A model generated the notes under the pieces. It ran no database searches. It was not told the origin of the DNA and worked only from the letters and a program-made list of their open reading frames with translations. The position numbers and the translations under genes are program-made. This document shows, one piece after another, positions 28,936 through 39,219 of a DNA stretch of 64,000 bases. Each line of letters starts with the position of its first letter. Positions within the stretch are counted from its first letter, which is position 1. Source of the stretch: a candidate division WOR-3 bacterium (GTDB lineage Bacteria; Hydrothermota; Hydrothermia; B15-G9; WFZT01); contig JALUEE010000086.1 of the NCBI GenBank assembly GCA_027053075.1, forward strand, positions 36,341-100,340. Direction: 5' to 3'.

Positions 28936-30128
28936 TTAGGCTTTGGATAAATTGGTTTTGCCTGTGCAACTTTCTCGGGCCATACAACAACCTGTTTGCC
29001 GTTCTGGACCTGAACTACAACCATGCCTTTCTTGGCAGGTCTTCCGGCAGAATCAAATGCGATCGGGCCATAGAAGGACTCGAAGTCCAGTGATGCAATA
29101 GCATCTCTGACCTTCTTGGGGTCAAGGCTCTGTGCCTTTTCGATGGCTCTCTGATAGACCTCAACTGCTGCGGCAGATTCGGCCACGTGGTAGTCTGGAG
29201 TGTATCCATACTTCTGCTCAAAGAGCTTTACAAAGTTTGCAGTCGAACCGATGTAAGGATCAGAGAATTTAAGTGAAGGTGCCCACTGGGCTGCACCAAA
29301 CACGCCCTCAGCATCCTTGCCGAGGTTCTTTACAAAGTCAACAAGTGTAGGTGCTACAGTTTCACCAATGGCCTTTACGTTGATTCTCAGCTCTTTCATC
29401 TGCCTGACAAGGAGCACACCATCCTGATAGTGACCAGAACCGAGCACTACATCAGGTTTCTTTGCTTTCACTTTGAGAAGGAGTGATGAAATGTCACTCG
29501 TACCAGCAGGATATCCACCAAATGTCACAACTTTCCAACCCTTTGCCTCTGCATGCTTCTTTGCACCGAGAGCAACGGATTTCGCAAAGAGCTTATCCTC
29601 GTAAACGATTGCCACCTTTTTAATGCCAGGATCGAGGTGAGCAAGCATATCGATTGTTCCCTGCAAATACTGGCTTGCAACGTTCAGCACTGCGAATAGA
29701 TTTTTGAAGCCTCTGGTGAAGATTTTATCACTTGCACCGTTTGCTTCAACCATGATCGCACCGTATTTCTCTGTAATAGCACTTGTGGCGAATGTGGCAC
29801 TTGAACCGTATGGGCCAAGGATAAATTTAATACCGTGCTCTGTAATGAGTTTTTCAACGAGCTTGGCAGCAGTGTTTGCATTGGACTCATCGTCGTAGAA
29901 GACGAGCTTGAGCTTGTAGGTTTTCCCACCGACCTTGATACCGCCAAGCTTCTCATTGACGTACCATGTCCAGAACTCGTATCCGTCTTTCACGTACTTA
30001 CCTTCTCTTGCGAGCTTTCCGGTCATGGATATGGCGGCACCAAGCTTTATCACATTTTCTTTAGCAGCACTTTGCCCGACAATACCAAGGGCAAGGAGGG
30101 CTGCCAGCATCAGTTTTGTTCCCTTCAT
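28926..30128 (-). CDS. Branched-chain amino acid (HAAT)-type ABC transporter substrate-binding protein
   Basis: Signal peptide, YDDES, LGPYGS, type-1 periplasmic binding protein pattern. Confidence 0.9.
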   Translation of the reverse strand: MKGTKLMLAALLALGIVGQSAAKENVIKLGAAISMTGKLAREGKYVKDGYEFWTWYVNEKLGGIKVGGKTYKLKLVFYDDESNANTAAKLVEKLITEHGIKFILGPYGSSATFATSAITEKYGAIMVEANGASDKIFTRGFKNLFAVLNVASQYLQGTIDMLAHLDPGIKKVAIVYEDKLFAKSVALGAKKHAEAKGWKVVTFGGYPAGTSDISSLLLKVKAKKPDVVLGSGHYQDGVLLVRQMKELRINVKAIGETVAPTLVDFVKNLGKDAEGVFGAAQWAPSLKFSDPYIGSTANFVKLFEQKYGYTPDYHVAESAAAVEVYQRAIEKAQSLDPKKVRDAIASLDFESFYGPIAFDSAGRPAKKGMVVVQVQNGKQVVVWPEKVAQAKPIYPKPKWK

Positions 30129-30154
30129 AGCATTACCTCCTTTTTATAAAGACT

Positions 30155-30868
30155 TTAAATGCCAAGATAGGCTTCTCTTATTTCTTCCATCTCGAGGAGT
30201 TTTTTAGACTCTCCCTGGTAGGTGATTCTCCCGGTTTCTATGACATATCCCCTATCTGCGACCTCAAGAGCAACCTGGACATCCTGCTCGACCATGAGAA
30301 CCGTTTTTCCCATTTCTCTTATATCTTTAACCACATTTATTAAAACGTCAACGATTACTGGCGCAAGACCGAGAGAAAGCTCATCGATTAGGAGAAGTTT
30401 AGGATTGGCCATTAAAGCTCTTCCAATAGCACACATCTGCTGCTCACCACCGGACATATCGCCCGCAAGTTGCTTTTTCCTCTCCTTTAGCACCGGAAAG
30501 ATTTTGTAAACCCACTCGAGGTCTTTTTTGATATTCTCTTTATCTTTTCTGTGAAAGGCTCCCATGAGCAGGTTTTCCTCAACTGTCATGCCAGCAAAAA
30601 GGTGTCTCCCTTCAGGGGCCATAGCTATCCCGAGCGATACCACCTTCTCGGCAGGCGTCCCAGTGATATCCTTTCCCTGATAGATGATTTTTCCAGAATA
30701 AGGTTTCAGGAGTCCAGTGATTGTTCTGAAAAATGTGGTTTTCCCCGCTCCGTTGGAGCCGACAAGGGCAACGATTTCACCTTCGTTAACCTCAAGAGAA
30801 ATGTCCCATAAAACCTGCATTTCACCGTAGCCTGCGTTCAGGTTTTCCACCCTGAGAAGCTCTTTCAT
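30155..30868 (-). CDS. livF: HAAT ABC transporter ATPase (LivF-like)
   Basis: GSNGAGKT, PEGRHLF, MSGGEQQM, DELSLGLAP. Confidence 0.9.
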   Translation of the reverse strand: MKELLRVENLNAGYGEMQVLWDISLEVNEGEIVALVGSNGAGKTTFFRTITGLLKPYSGKIIYQGKDITGTPAEKVVSLGIAMAPEGRHLFAGMTVEENLLMGAFHRKDKENIKKDLEWVYKIFPVLKERKKQLAGDMSGGEQQMCAIGRALMANPKLLLIDELSLGLAPVIVDVLINVVKDIREMGKTVLMVEQDVQVALEVADRGYVIETGRITYQGESKKLLEMEEIREAYLGI

Positions 30869-31617
30869 GCTGATTTCCTCCTTTTACTGTATCTCTCACC
30901 AAGATATGCCTTGATCACTTCCTCATTCTGAGCGATTTCTTCTGGAGTCCCTTCGGCTATTTTTGTCCCAAAGTGCATTACCATAATGCGATTGGAAAGT
31001 CCCATGACAGCCTTCATGATGTGCTCAATCATTATCACGGTGACACCTTTCTTATTGATGTCCCTTACAAGATTCATGATTTTTTCCATCTCCGCGGGAT
31101 TTAATCCAGCCATCACCTCATCGAGGAGCAACACCTCAGGCTCGAGTGCAAGTGCCCTTGCGAGCTCAATTCTTTTTAGTTGTGCAAGATTCAGGTGATC
31201 AACAAGCTCATCCTTCTTTTCAGCAAGACCGACGAGTTCGACAATCTCTTCTGCCCTCTCTTTTGCCTCATTGAACTTTGAATAATTTCCGTGTCCAAAA
31301 AATGCTCCTACCATAACGTTTTCCAGTACCGTCATCCCTTTAAAGGGTTTAACGATCTGGAAAGTTCTTGCTATCCCAAGTCTTGCAATGTAAAAGGCCT
31401 TTTTACCTGAAATCTTCAGATTACGGAAATAAATCTCGCCGTCTGAAAGAGGAAGCAGTCCCACGATCAGGTTCATTAATGTCGTTTTTCCTGCTCCGTT
31501 GGGGCCAATTATCCCAAATATTTCTCCTTCATAAACATCAAAGTCCACCGAATTAACGGCGACAAGACCACCAAACTTTTTGGTAACTCCTCTACCTTTT
31601 AAAATGACCTCGCTCAT
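30865..31617 (-). CDS. livG: HAAT ABC transporter ATPase (LivG-like)
   Basis: FGGLVAV, GPNGAGKT, ARTFQ, LLDEVMAGLN, VIKAYLG. Confidence 0.9.
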   Translation of the reverse strand: MSEVILKGRGVTKKFGGLVAVNSVDFDVYEGEIFGIIGPNGAGKTTLMNLIVGLLPLSDGEIYFRNLKISGKKAFYIARLGIARTFQIVKPFKGMTVLENVMVGAFFGHGNYSKFNEAKERAEEIVELVGLAEKKDELVDHLNLAQLKRIELARALALEPEVLLLDEVMAGLNPAEMEKIMNLVRDINKKGVTVIMIEHIMKAVMGLSNRIMVMHFGTKIAEGTPEEIAQNEEVIKAYLGERYSKRRKSA

Positions 31618-32564
31618 ATCATATTCTCCTTGATGTTCTGAACAAGTCTCTTCCATGAAAATCCACCGGTGAAAAGATCGAGGAACCCTTTTGGAATCAG
31701 GATCACTGTGAGGATAATGATGATGCCGAGCACTATTCCGTGGATGCTGACAAATTTACTCCATACAAGCTCTGTGATAAGTTCAAGAATTACAGCACCG
31801 ATTATAGGCCCGTAGACGGTGCTTGCACCTCCAAGCAGCATCATTACAAACATTTTAACAGAAATAATTGGGTCAAAGACTGTCTCGGGATCGATATAGC
31901 TAATCCAGTAGGCATAAATACTTCCCACCAGTGCGGTAAACATAGCCGAATACGCCCATGCCAGGGTCTTGTAGTAGGGGGTATTTATCCCCATAGCAAG
32001 AGCACCATCTTCATCGACCCGAATGGCCCTGAGGCCAAATCCAAACCTGTTTCTCTCAAGCCATATGGTAAATAAGACTGAGAGCACGAGTGCAATGAGG
32101 AATAGGAAATAGAAATAAGTATAAACGGCGTGAGGGCTTGCGCCTTTTTTAAGAGGAAGAGTGAGCCCTTCAGCAGCTCCCGCAATCTTCAGGTTGTTTA
32201 CTACCTCCATAGTGGCTACATTCACTCCAAGAGATGCAATGGCGAAGTAGTGACCTCTAAGTCTCAAAACGGGAAGACCTATGATGACCGAAAAGAGTAC
32301 TGCAGTGACGATTGAAGGAATGAGTGTAAGGTAGAATCCGAATCCGTGGTTCATGAGAATTGCAGTGACATAGGCTCCAATTCCGAAGAATACAACATTA
32401 CCAAATGCTGGATAACCTGCATAACCTGCGATGATATTGATTGCCTCCGTCATGGTGGCAAACATAATGACACCGGTCAAAATTCTGAGCCAGTATCCAC
32501 TCAAAAACGGAGGCAGGATAATTAAAAGTACGAGAAAACCAAGAGGAATTAGATGCTTTTTCAT
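31614..32564 (-). CDS. livM: HAAT ABC transporter permease (LivM-like)
   Basis: LRLRGHYFAIA, GLRAIRVDE, multi-TM. Confidence 0.9.
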   Translation of the reverse strand: MKKHLIPLGFLVLLIILPPFLSGYWLRILTGVIMFATMTEAINIIAGYAGYPAFGNVVFFGIGAYVTAILMNHGFGFYLTLIPSIVTAVLFSVIIGLPVLRLRGHYFAIASLGVNVATMEVVNNLKIAGAAEGLTLPLKKGASPHAVYTYFYFLFLIALVLSVLFTIWLERNRFGFGLRAIRVDEDGALAMGINTPYYKTLAWAYSAMFTALVGSIYAYWISYIDPETVFDPIISVKMFVMMLLGGASTVYGPIIGAVILELITELVWSKFVSIHGIVLGIIIILTVILIPKGFLDLFTGGFSWKRLVQNIKENMI

Positions 32565-32575
32565 GATTTAACCTC

Positions 32576-33439
32576 CTAACCGTAGTATTTTTTACCGAGC
32601 AACCCTCTTGGTCTTGTAACAAGGATAATTACAAAGAGGGTAAAGGTAACCACATTTTTAAAGCTCTCGCCAAGGTAAAATGCTGAAAATGTCTCGATTA
32701 TACCGAGGATTATACCGCCCAGGAATGCACCTTCCACGCTTCCAAGTCCCCCAAGGATAGCGACAACGAAGGCACGTAAGGTAATTCCGCCACCTACTGC
32801 AGGATTAAAAGATTGCATCACCGCGAGAAGAGAGCCAGCTGCACCAGCAAGCGATGCCCCGATACCAAAGGTTATAGCGTAAGTTTTTCCAGGATTCACT
32901 CCCATCAGCCTCGCGGCCATCATATCAAGCGCGACAGCCTTGATCGATTGCCCTGTTTTGGTTCGATCGAGGAAATAAGCCGTCAGGATCGTCAGGATCA
33001 GAGCTGCCACAAATCCGAGGAGTCTCGTGTATGGGAATAGATATCCGCCAAAAATTAGAGATTTTCCCTGGTATGAGGTGGCAATTGAGCGCCAGTCAGC
33101 AGACCACATGACAATCATGAGCTGAGCGAGAAGCACGTCCATTCCGAAAGTCATGATCAGGGTGAGGAACACGTCAGCTTTAATAGCAAGGTTGAATATG
33201 TACCTCTGCATCAGGTAGCCGATAATGAAGAGGGAAAGCATTACAAGAGGGATAGAGACGAATGGATCAATGTGGGCGTACTGGAAAATCCAGAAAGAGA
33301 TGTATGCCCCGAGGATTACAAGAGACCCGTGGGCAAGGTTTATCAAGCTCGTTACTCCCCAGACTATGGAGAATCCCAATCCAATCAGTCCATAGACCCC
33401 GCCTAATAATATACCGTTTATCAGGATCTGTATAATCAT
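32576..33439 (-). CDS. livH: HAAT ABC transporter permease (LivH-like)
   Basis: INLAHG, AILGGLGS, RPRGLLG. Confidence 0.9.
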   Translation of the reverse strand: MIIQILINGILLGGVYGLIGLGFSIVWGVTSLINLAHGSLVILGAYISFWIFQYAHIDPFVSIPLVMLSLFIIGYLMQRYIFNLAIKADVFLTLIMTFGMDVLLAQLMIVMWSADWRSIATSYQGKSLIFGGYLFPYTRLLGFVAALILTILTAYFLDRTKTGQSIKAVALDMMAARLMGVNPGKTYAITFGIGASLAGAAGSLLAVMQSFNPAVGGGITLRAFVVAILGGLGSVEGAFLGGIILGIIETFSAFYLGESFKNVVTFTLFVIILVTRPRGLLGKKYYG

Positions 33440-33566
33440 ACAATGTCCTCCAAGATGTGTCGTTTTCTAAAAGAGCAGACTCTTACTTCGATTTGTGTAT
33501 TTTTTAGGTCGGTAGCAGAACATGTCAAGAATTTGAGGATGAGGAATTATTCGAGAAAATGCATTG

Positions 33567-34100
33567 TTAAATTTCGAGGACAGTTACGTTGTTATTTGTA
33601 TATATACAAATCTCGGAAGCTATGCGGATAGCCTCTTCAGCTATATCACGGGCATCCAGGTCTGTATGTTTAACCAGGGCTTTTGCAACTGCCTGTGCGT
33701 ATGGAGCACCTGAACCAATGGCAATAATTCTATCATCTGGTTCGATAATCTCACCAGAGCCCGATACAAGAAATGCGTGCTCCTTATCAAGTACAATCAA
33801 AAGAGCCTCGAGCCGTCTCAAAACACGGTCCTGCCTCCAGTCCCTTGCGAGCTCTACTGCTGCTCTCGGCAAGTTACCGTTGTATTCTTCAAGTTTCTCC
33901 TCCATCCTCTCAAAAAGAGTAAGGGCATCTGCTACGGCTCCTGCGAATCCGGCAAGAACTTTCCCCTTGTAAATTTTCCTCACCTTTTTCGCCGTGTGCT
34001 TGACTACTGTGTCTTCGAGCGTAACCTGGCCATCACCTGCGATAACCGCTTTTCCTTTGTGAATCAATCCTATGACCGTAGTTCCTCTGAATTTACTCAC
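33567..34100 (-). CDS. hslV: ATP-dependent protease subunit HslV
   Basis: GTTV N-terminal Thr, GDGQVT, AGFAG, AIGSG, ICIYTN. Confidence 0.95.
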   Translation of the reverse strand: MSKFRGTTVIGLIHKGKAVIAGDGQVTLEDTVVKHTAKKVRKIYKGKVLAGFAGAVADALTLFERMEEKLEEYNGNLPRAAVELARDWRQDRVLRRLEALLIVLDKEHAFLVSGSGEIIEPDDRIIAIGSGAPYAQAVAKALVKHTDLDARDIAEEAIRIASEICIYTNNNVTVLEI

Positions 34101-34530
34101 TTTCTCTCTCCCTCACAATCATAACCGGGCATTTGGCGTGAGTTGCGACCTTCTGGGAAACACTTCCAAGCAGAGCACCGGCGAGTGCTGATATACCACG
34201 TGACCCCATGATGATGAGGTCTACCTTCCTCACGTCTGCAACTGTAAGAATCGCCTTGTGTGCAGGACCTTCCAGAATCTCTATTTCGTAATCAATATTA
34301 TTTTCCTCTAAAACCTTCGCGGCCTCTTTGGTGATTTTTTCGGCTTCAAGTGTGCTTTGCGAAATAATTTTTTCTCTGTAAGGTGAGCCAATATACTCTG
34401 GAACAAAGGGAAATGCATGGAGGATGAAAACCTTTGAATTAAACTTTTTGGCAATCTCAACCACATGCTTTAAGGCCTTTTTTGAACATTCTGAACCATC
34501 AGTTGGATATAAGATTTTCTCGTACATCAT
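34093..34530 (-). CDS. Universal stress protein
   Basis: [30 protein letters not shown]. Confidence 0.95.
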   Translation of the reverse strand: MMYEKILYPTDGSECSKKALKHVVEIAKKFNSKVFILHAFPFVPEYIGSPYREKIISQSTLEAEKITKEAAKVLEENNIDYEIEILEGPAHKAILTVADVRKVDLIIMGSRGISALAGALLGSVSQKVATHAKCPVMIVRERESE

Positions 34531-34598
34531 CAACCTCCTTTTTCTTTATTTTAAAAGCTATTTCCCCAACGGGCAAGTAAAGTTATAATTTGGCACTC

Positions 34599-35567
34599 AT
34601 GAATACATGGATAGAAAAATGGGGCGGTAGAAGGTACAACAGCTTTAACCATCACCTCAAGATGGTGTTTGGCGAGAAAGTTTATCGCGTGGCAATAGAT
34701 GCAGGATTCACATGTCCCAACAGGGACGGCCTTCTGGCCTACGGGGGCTGTATCTACTGTGATGAAGCTGGCTCCAGGGCTTCATATGTGGAGCCAGAAA
34801 GGCCGGTCAGGGAGCAATTGCAAAGTGGTATTGAACTTCTCTCCAGAAGGTACAATGTGAAAAAATTTATTGCATATTTCCAGAGTTTTTCAAATACCTA
34901 TGCATCCGTAGAAAAATTGAGAAGTCTTTTTGATGAAGCTCTATCTGTTGATGGCGTCGTAGGAGTATCTGTTTCCACAAGGCCTGACCTCCTGCCCGAT
35001 GAAATTCTCGATTTACTGGAAGAGTTTTCGAAAAGTACGTACCTGTGGCTGGAGATTGGGGTCCAGTCTATACATCTCAGGACACTCAAAAAGATAAGGA
35101 GATTTCACGGTGTCGCGGAGATAGTTGATTCCATTTTGAGGGCAAAGTCAAGAGGGATAAGAGTTCTTGCCCACGTAATTCTTGGACTACCCGGTGAAAG
35201 TGAATTTGAGATAATAGAAACAGCAAAGGTATTATCAGCTCTTGGCATTGATGGTGTTAAAATGCATCATCTCTACGTTGTTGAGGGAACAGAACTTGCC
35301 AAAATTTATGGAGCAGGGAGACTAAAGGTTTTTGAAACTCCTGAAGATTACGCTCGTGTAGCTGTAAGATTTATCGAACATCTATCCCCTGAGATAATTA
35401 TTCACAGGCTTGCCGGTAAGGCAGAAAAGGGCCTTATAGCGCCGAAATGGACTTCCAACAAATTCCTTGGCATCCAGGCAATTGAGAAAATGCTTGAGGA
35501 GAGGGATACCTATCAGGGGCGACTTTCGCAAATAGGAATTCCATACAGGATCATCGCGGGGAGATGA
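34599..35567 (+). CDS. TIGR01212/YhcC-family radical SAM protein
   Basis: DAGFTCPNRDG...GGCIYC, YFQSFSNTYA, TRPD, HVILGLPGE. Confidence 0.9.
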   Translation: MNTWIEKWGGRRYNSFNHHLKMVFGEKVYRVAIDAGFTCPNRDGLLAYGGCIYCDEAGSRASYVEPERPVREQLQSGIELLSRRYNVKKFIAYFQSFSNTYASVEKLRSLFDEALSVDGVVGVSVSTRPDLLPDEILDLLEEFSKSTYLWLEIGVQSIHLRTLKKIRRFHGVAEIVDSILRAKSRGIRVLAHVILGLPGESEFEIIETAKVLSALGIDGVKMHHLYVVEGTELAKIYGAGRLKVFETPEDYARVAVRFIEHLSPEIIIHRLAGKAEKGLIAPKWTSNKFLGIQAIEKMLEERDTYQGRLSQIGIPYRIIAGR

Positions 35568-35696
35568 TGTCTATACGTTTGGTGAAGATTTCACCGATGG
35601 TGAAAATCCCCGTGTACGAAGTGCGTGGCAAAGTTGACAGGTAGTTGTGCCTGAGCAAAACCTGGTCTAAAGATTTACTATTTGTGCTTACTCACA

Positions 35697-35910
35697 GACC
35701 TCCTCTCCCCGCATAAAGTTTTTGCGGGGAGAGGATGAAGGTGAGGGGCTACAACTGACAAATTTTCAGTCAAAATCCGTAAAACTCCCTCTCCCGCTTT
35801 GCGGGAGAGGGTTGGGGTGAGGGTTACATCTTAAATTTTTAAAGATTTCAAGCGGAAAGCCCTCTCCCTAAATCACTCCCCACAGGCTCTGCCCGTGTGG
35901 GAGGGGATAT
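35697..35910 (+). repeat. Mosaic cluster of REP-like palindromes
   Basis: Units at 35697-35753 and 35786-35823, then a diverged copy of the 38701-38790 segment. Confidence 0.85.
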
Positions 35911-36219
35911 TTTTTATCCCGCGTACGGTGCGCGGAAAGAAGGAGGGCAAGTTCTCAACTTTGAGGTGCAGATATCATCTTACTTTGCTGGCTAAGCGAG
36001 AAGAAAGCTCTTCCCCCTTACCGTTGGGCAGAATGGAATGGGTGGACGATACGGTTTTGGATTTGTCCGTGTTGACCGCACATGTATATTTATATCCTCA
36101 GTGATCTATTTGACACTTCAAAGCTCGAAAAGAATTGACGAGCTGAAACTTTCCCGCATTCTGGGTAATTTGACTCATTTCACTTTATAATAAACCAAAT
36201 TCAAATCTGGAGGTCAGGT

Positions 36220-37167
36220 GTGAAGAAGATTTTGGTACTTCTCCTCATGATTTCAGCAATAGGATTGCCTGGTGCAGCCAATGGCAAAATTGGCTTTGTG
36301 GATATGAAGAGAATAGCAAACGGGTATTATGACCTGAGAGATGCGAAAAGGGAGCTGAATGAAAAACTTAGAGAGTGGGAAGCGAAAAGAGATAGTATAA
36401 AAGCTGAAATAGACAGCCTGGAGAGAGAGTTTGACAAACAACTGCCGATGCTCACGGCGGACGAAATCCTCAGAAAAGAGCAGGAGATTTCACAGAAAAG
36501 AAGGGAATACAACAATTACATCAAAAAAATATGGGGTAAAAACGGAGAACTCGAAAAATACACCCAGAAGCTTGTTCAACCCTACGCTCAGCGTGTCAAA
36601 GAGGTGATCGGGCAAATTGCAAAGGAGATGGGCTACGAGGCTATTTTAGACAAATCATCAGATGTGGTTCTTTATATAAGCAGCAAGGATGATATAACTC
36701 AGGCTGTGCTTCAGGAGTTAAACAAGGGAGCGGCAGTTGCCGCAGGGGGTCGAAAGAAGATTCTTGTTATCTTCCCCATGAAGGAAATGAATTCAGAGGC
36801 CCATGCCGCTGGCCTTGGCGGAAAGATTCAGAAACTGCTCTACAATGGCTTTAAAGGAAGCTATAAGTTTGACGTTAAAGACCTGAAATTAGTTTATGAT
36901 GCCATCCAAAGCCAGGGGATTACTTCTTACGAAAATATGACATTCAACATTGCATCAAATCTGGCCAAGCAACTTGGGGCAGACTATTTTGTATTCGGAA
37001 ATGTCAGGCTAAGAGGGGACCAGATTGAGCTTACAGTGGACATGTACCGTTCATCAGATGACAAAAAAATCCTCGAGGAAACAGCTACATTCAGAAATGA
37101 GGATATTGAAATTACATCCAACTGTGCCCGCATAGCCCATGCAATGATAATGAAGTTCAAAGAATAG
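36220..37167 (+). CDS. OmpH/Skp chaperone fused to an extra C-terminal alpha/beta domain
   Basis: Signal peptide, KIGFVD...GYEAILD...DIT Skp pattern, then ~140 aa ILVIFP...AKQLGADYFVFG. Confidence 0.8.
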   Translation: MKKILVLLLMISAIGLPGAANGKIGFVDMKRIANGYYDLRDAKRELNEKLREWEAKRDSIKAEIDSLEREFDKQLPMLTADEILRKEQEISQKRREYNNYIKKIWGKNGELEKYTQKLVQPYAQRVKEVIGQIAKEMGYEAILDKSSDVVLYISSKDDITQAVLQELNKGAAVAAGGRKKILVIFPMKEMNSEAHAAGLGGKIQKLLYNGFKGSYKFDVKDLKLVYDAIQSQGITSYENMTFNIASNLAKQLGADYFVFGNVRLRGDQIELTVDMYRSSDDKKILEETATFRNEDIEITSNCARIAHAMIMKFKE

Positions 37168-37224
37168 TTCCAGCCCTTTGGGTAGCTTTTAAAAAAGATT
37201 TAAAAACTTCAGGAGGTTATTCAA

Positions 37225-38640
37225 ATGGTCAGATTTTTGCTCGTAATTGTCTTTTTCCTACCTCTAATGGCCCAGACTACCTGGAGCAGGACCTATGGTG
37301 GGAGTAATGAAGATGCTGGATTTGCCGTGGCAAAGACACACGATGGGTTTGCTATTACAGGGATTACCAATTCCATGGGAAATGGAGATTACGACCTCTA
37401 TCTCATCAAGATTGACGAGAATGGGGATACAATGTGGACACTCACCGCGGGTGGAACTGACTTCGACGCAGGAGAATGTGTGATTGAGACACCGGACCAG
37501 GGAATTCTTGCCTCCGGACTGACCTATTCCTTTGGAGCTGGCAACTCCGATGTTTTTATCGTAAAAACAGACTCATTGGGGAATATTCAATGGCAAAAAA
37601 CTTACGGTGGGGCCATAGCCGATGAAATTTATTCGATAACCCCTTACCGCGACGGGTATATGCTTGCGGGACGAACCTATTCGTATGGGGCGGGAAACTT
37701 TGATGTTTATCTCATTGCAATTGATTACAACGGAGATACCCTCTGGACAAGGACTTATGGTGGAGCTATAACAGACGGGGCAAATTCCATCAAACCCACG
37801 GCCGACGGCGGCTTTGTAGTTACAGGTTACACTTATTCCTATGGTCACGGGAATTACGATGCCTACGTGTTGAAGCTGGATTCTCTCGGTAACCTTCAGT
37901 GGCAGACATTTTTAGGTGGTTCAGATGACGATGTTGGAACTGATGCCGTTGAAACGGCAGATGGAGGATTTTTGATTGCAGGCTACTCCTACACTTTTTC
38001 AAACGGGGCAGATGATTTTTATGTTGCAAAAATTGATTCTCTTGGAAATCTTATATGGCAGAATCACTATGGAGGTTCGAGCTCCGAGAGGGCTTTCAAA
38101 ATTGAGAAATTGCCCGGTGAAAACTTTCTCATCGGCGGATACACGTCGTCTTTCGGGCATGGCGGAGATGATGCCTACTTCATTGCCATCAATTCAAGCG
38201 GGAATCTCGTGTGGGATACCACTTTTGGTGGTAGTAACGACGATGGAATGAAGGATTTTGTTAAAACTCCAGCAGGCGACTTTGTTTTTGCTGGACATAC
38301 TGAGTCTTTCGGTCATGGTGGTGCTGATGTCTATGCGGTTAGATTTGGCACAAGTGTGGGTATTGACGAAGAGCCTGTGAAGTCTCCATTTGATTTTCAG
38401 GTTACTGGCAACCTTGATGGGCACTTCAGGGTTAGTTTCAGTCTCAGGCCCGGCACCCCTTACAGGTTAGATGTCTTTGACATTGCAGGAAAGCGCGTTG
38501 CGAGGATCAAGAGTAGTGTCTCCGGGAACGGGATTACGGAATTTCGCTGGCAAGCCTCTCTCCCGTCAGGAATTTACTTCATAACCCTTTCGGCTCCGGA
38601 ATTTAAAATGGTTAGAAAGATTGCCATAGTGAGATTTTAA
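37225..38640 (+). CDS. Secreted 7-repeat beta-propeller protein with T9SS type A-like C-terminal domain
   Basis: Seven ~50-aa repeats (WxxTYGG...D[LVA]YxxK.D..G), then VFDIAGKRV...LPSGIYFI...RKI. Confidence 0.85.
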   Translation: MVRFLLVIVFFLPLMAQTTWSRTYGGSNEDAGFAVAKTHDGFAITGITNSMGNGDYDLYLIKIDENGDTMWTLTAGGTDFDAGECVIETPDQGILASGLTYSFGAGNSDVFIVKTDSLGNIQWQKTYGGAIADEIYSITPYRDGYMLAGRTYSYGAGNFDVYLIAIDYNGDTLWTRTYGGAITDGANSIKPTADGGFVVTGYTYSYGHGNYDAYVLKLDSLGNLQWQTFLGGSDDDVGTDAVETADGGFLIAGYSYTFSNGADDFYVAKIDSLGNLIWQNHYGGSSSERAFKIEKLPGENFLIGGYTSSFGHGGDDAYFIAINSSGNLVWDTTFGGSNDDGMKDFVKTPAGDFVFAGHTESFGHGGADVYAVRFGTSVGIDEEPVKSPFDFQVTGNLDGHFRVSFSLRPGTPYRLDVFDIAGKRVARIKSSVSGNGITEFRWQASLPSGIYFITLSAPEFKMVRKIAIVRF

Positions 38641-38667
38641 TCTTTTGGAAATCCACCTACCTTAATC

Positions 38668-39219
38668 TCCCCTCTTCCGCTTTGCGGGAGAGGGTTGGGG
38701 TGAGGGTTTACATTTGAAATTTTTTAAAATTCAAGCGGAAGGCCCGCTCCCTTGCCCATCCCCACAAGCTTCGCTTGTGGGGATGGGATTTCTTTTGTTT
38801 TTGTAAGTGGATGTAAGAAAAAGATCACATTAGAAATAGAAGCCCTGATTTTTACCTGCAACCCCAAACTTTTAAACCCTGCTTTAATACTTTCACCATT
38901 CTCCCCTAACCCCTCCTTCCAGTGGAAGGAGGGGAACTTCGGTTTGCAGAGAGTGAAACTTGAAAGATGCAGGGACTATAAGAAATGATTACGCGAGAAG
39001 ATATTTCCCAACCAAAAAAATTTTCGTTAGGATACAAAAAACTTCCTCTCCCCGCATAAATACCTGCGGGGAGAGGTTTGGTGAGGGGCCACATTTTGAA
39101 TTTTTTAAGTTTTCAAGCGGAAGGCCCGCTCCCTTGCCCTTCCCCACAAGCTTCGCTTGTGGGGAAGGGAGTTCTTTTGTTTTTGTAAGTGGATGTAAGA
39201 AAAAGGTCGCATTAGAAAT
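38668..39219. repeat. Mosaic repeat cluster with a ~140-bp direct duplication
   Basis: 38701-38838 is nearly identical to 39082-39219; further palindromes at 38668-38706, 38891-38936 and 39037-39093. Confidence 0.9.

Noticed and set aside
35697..39219. Possible CRISPR array
   Set aside because: Repeats vary in length, orientation and spacing, there are no uniform spacers, and no cas genes
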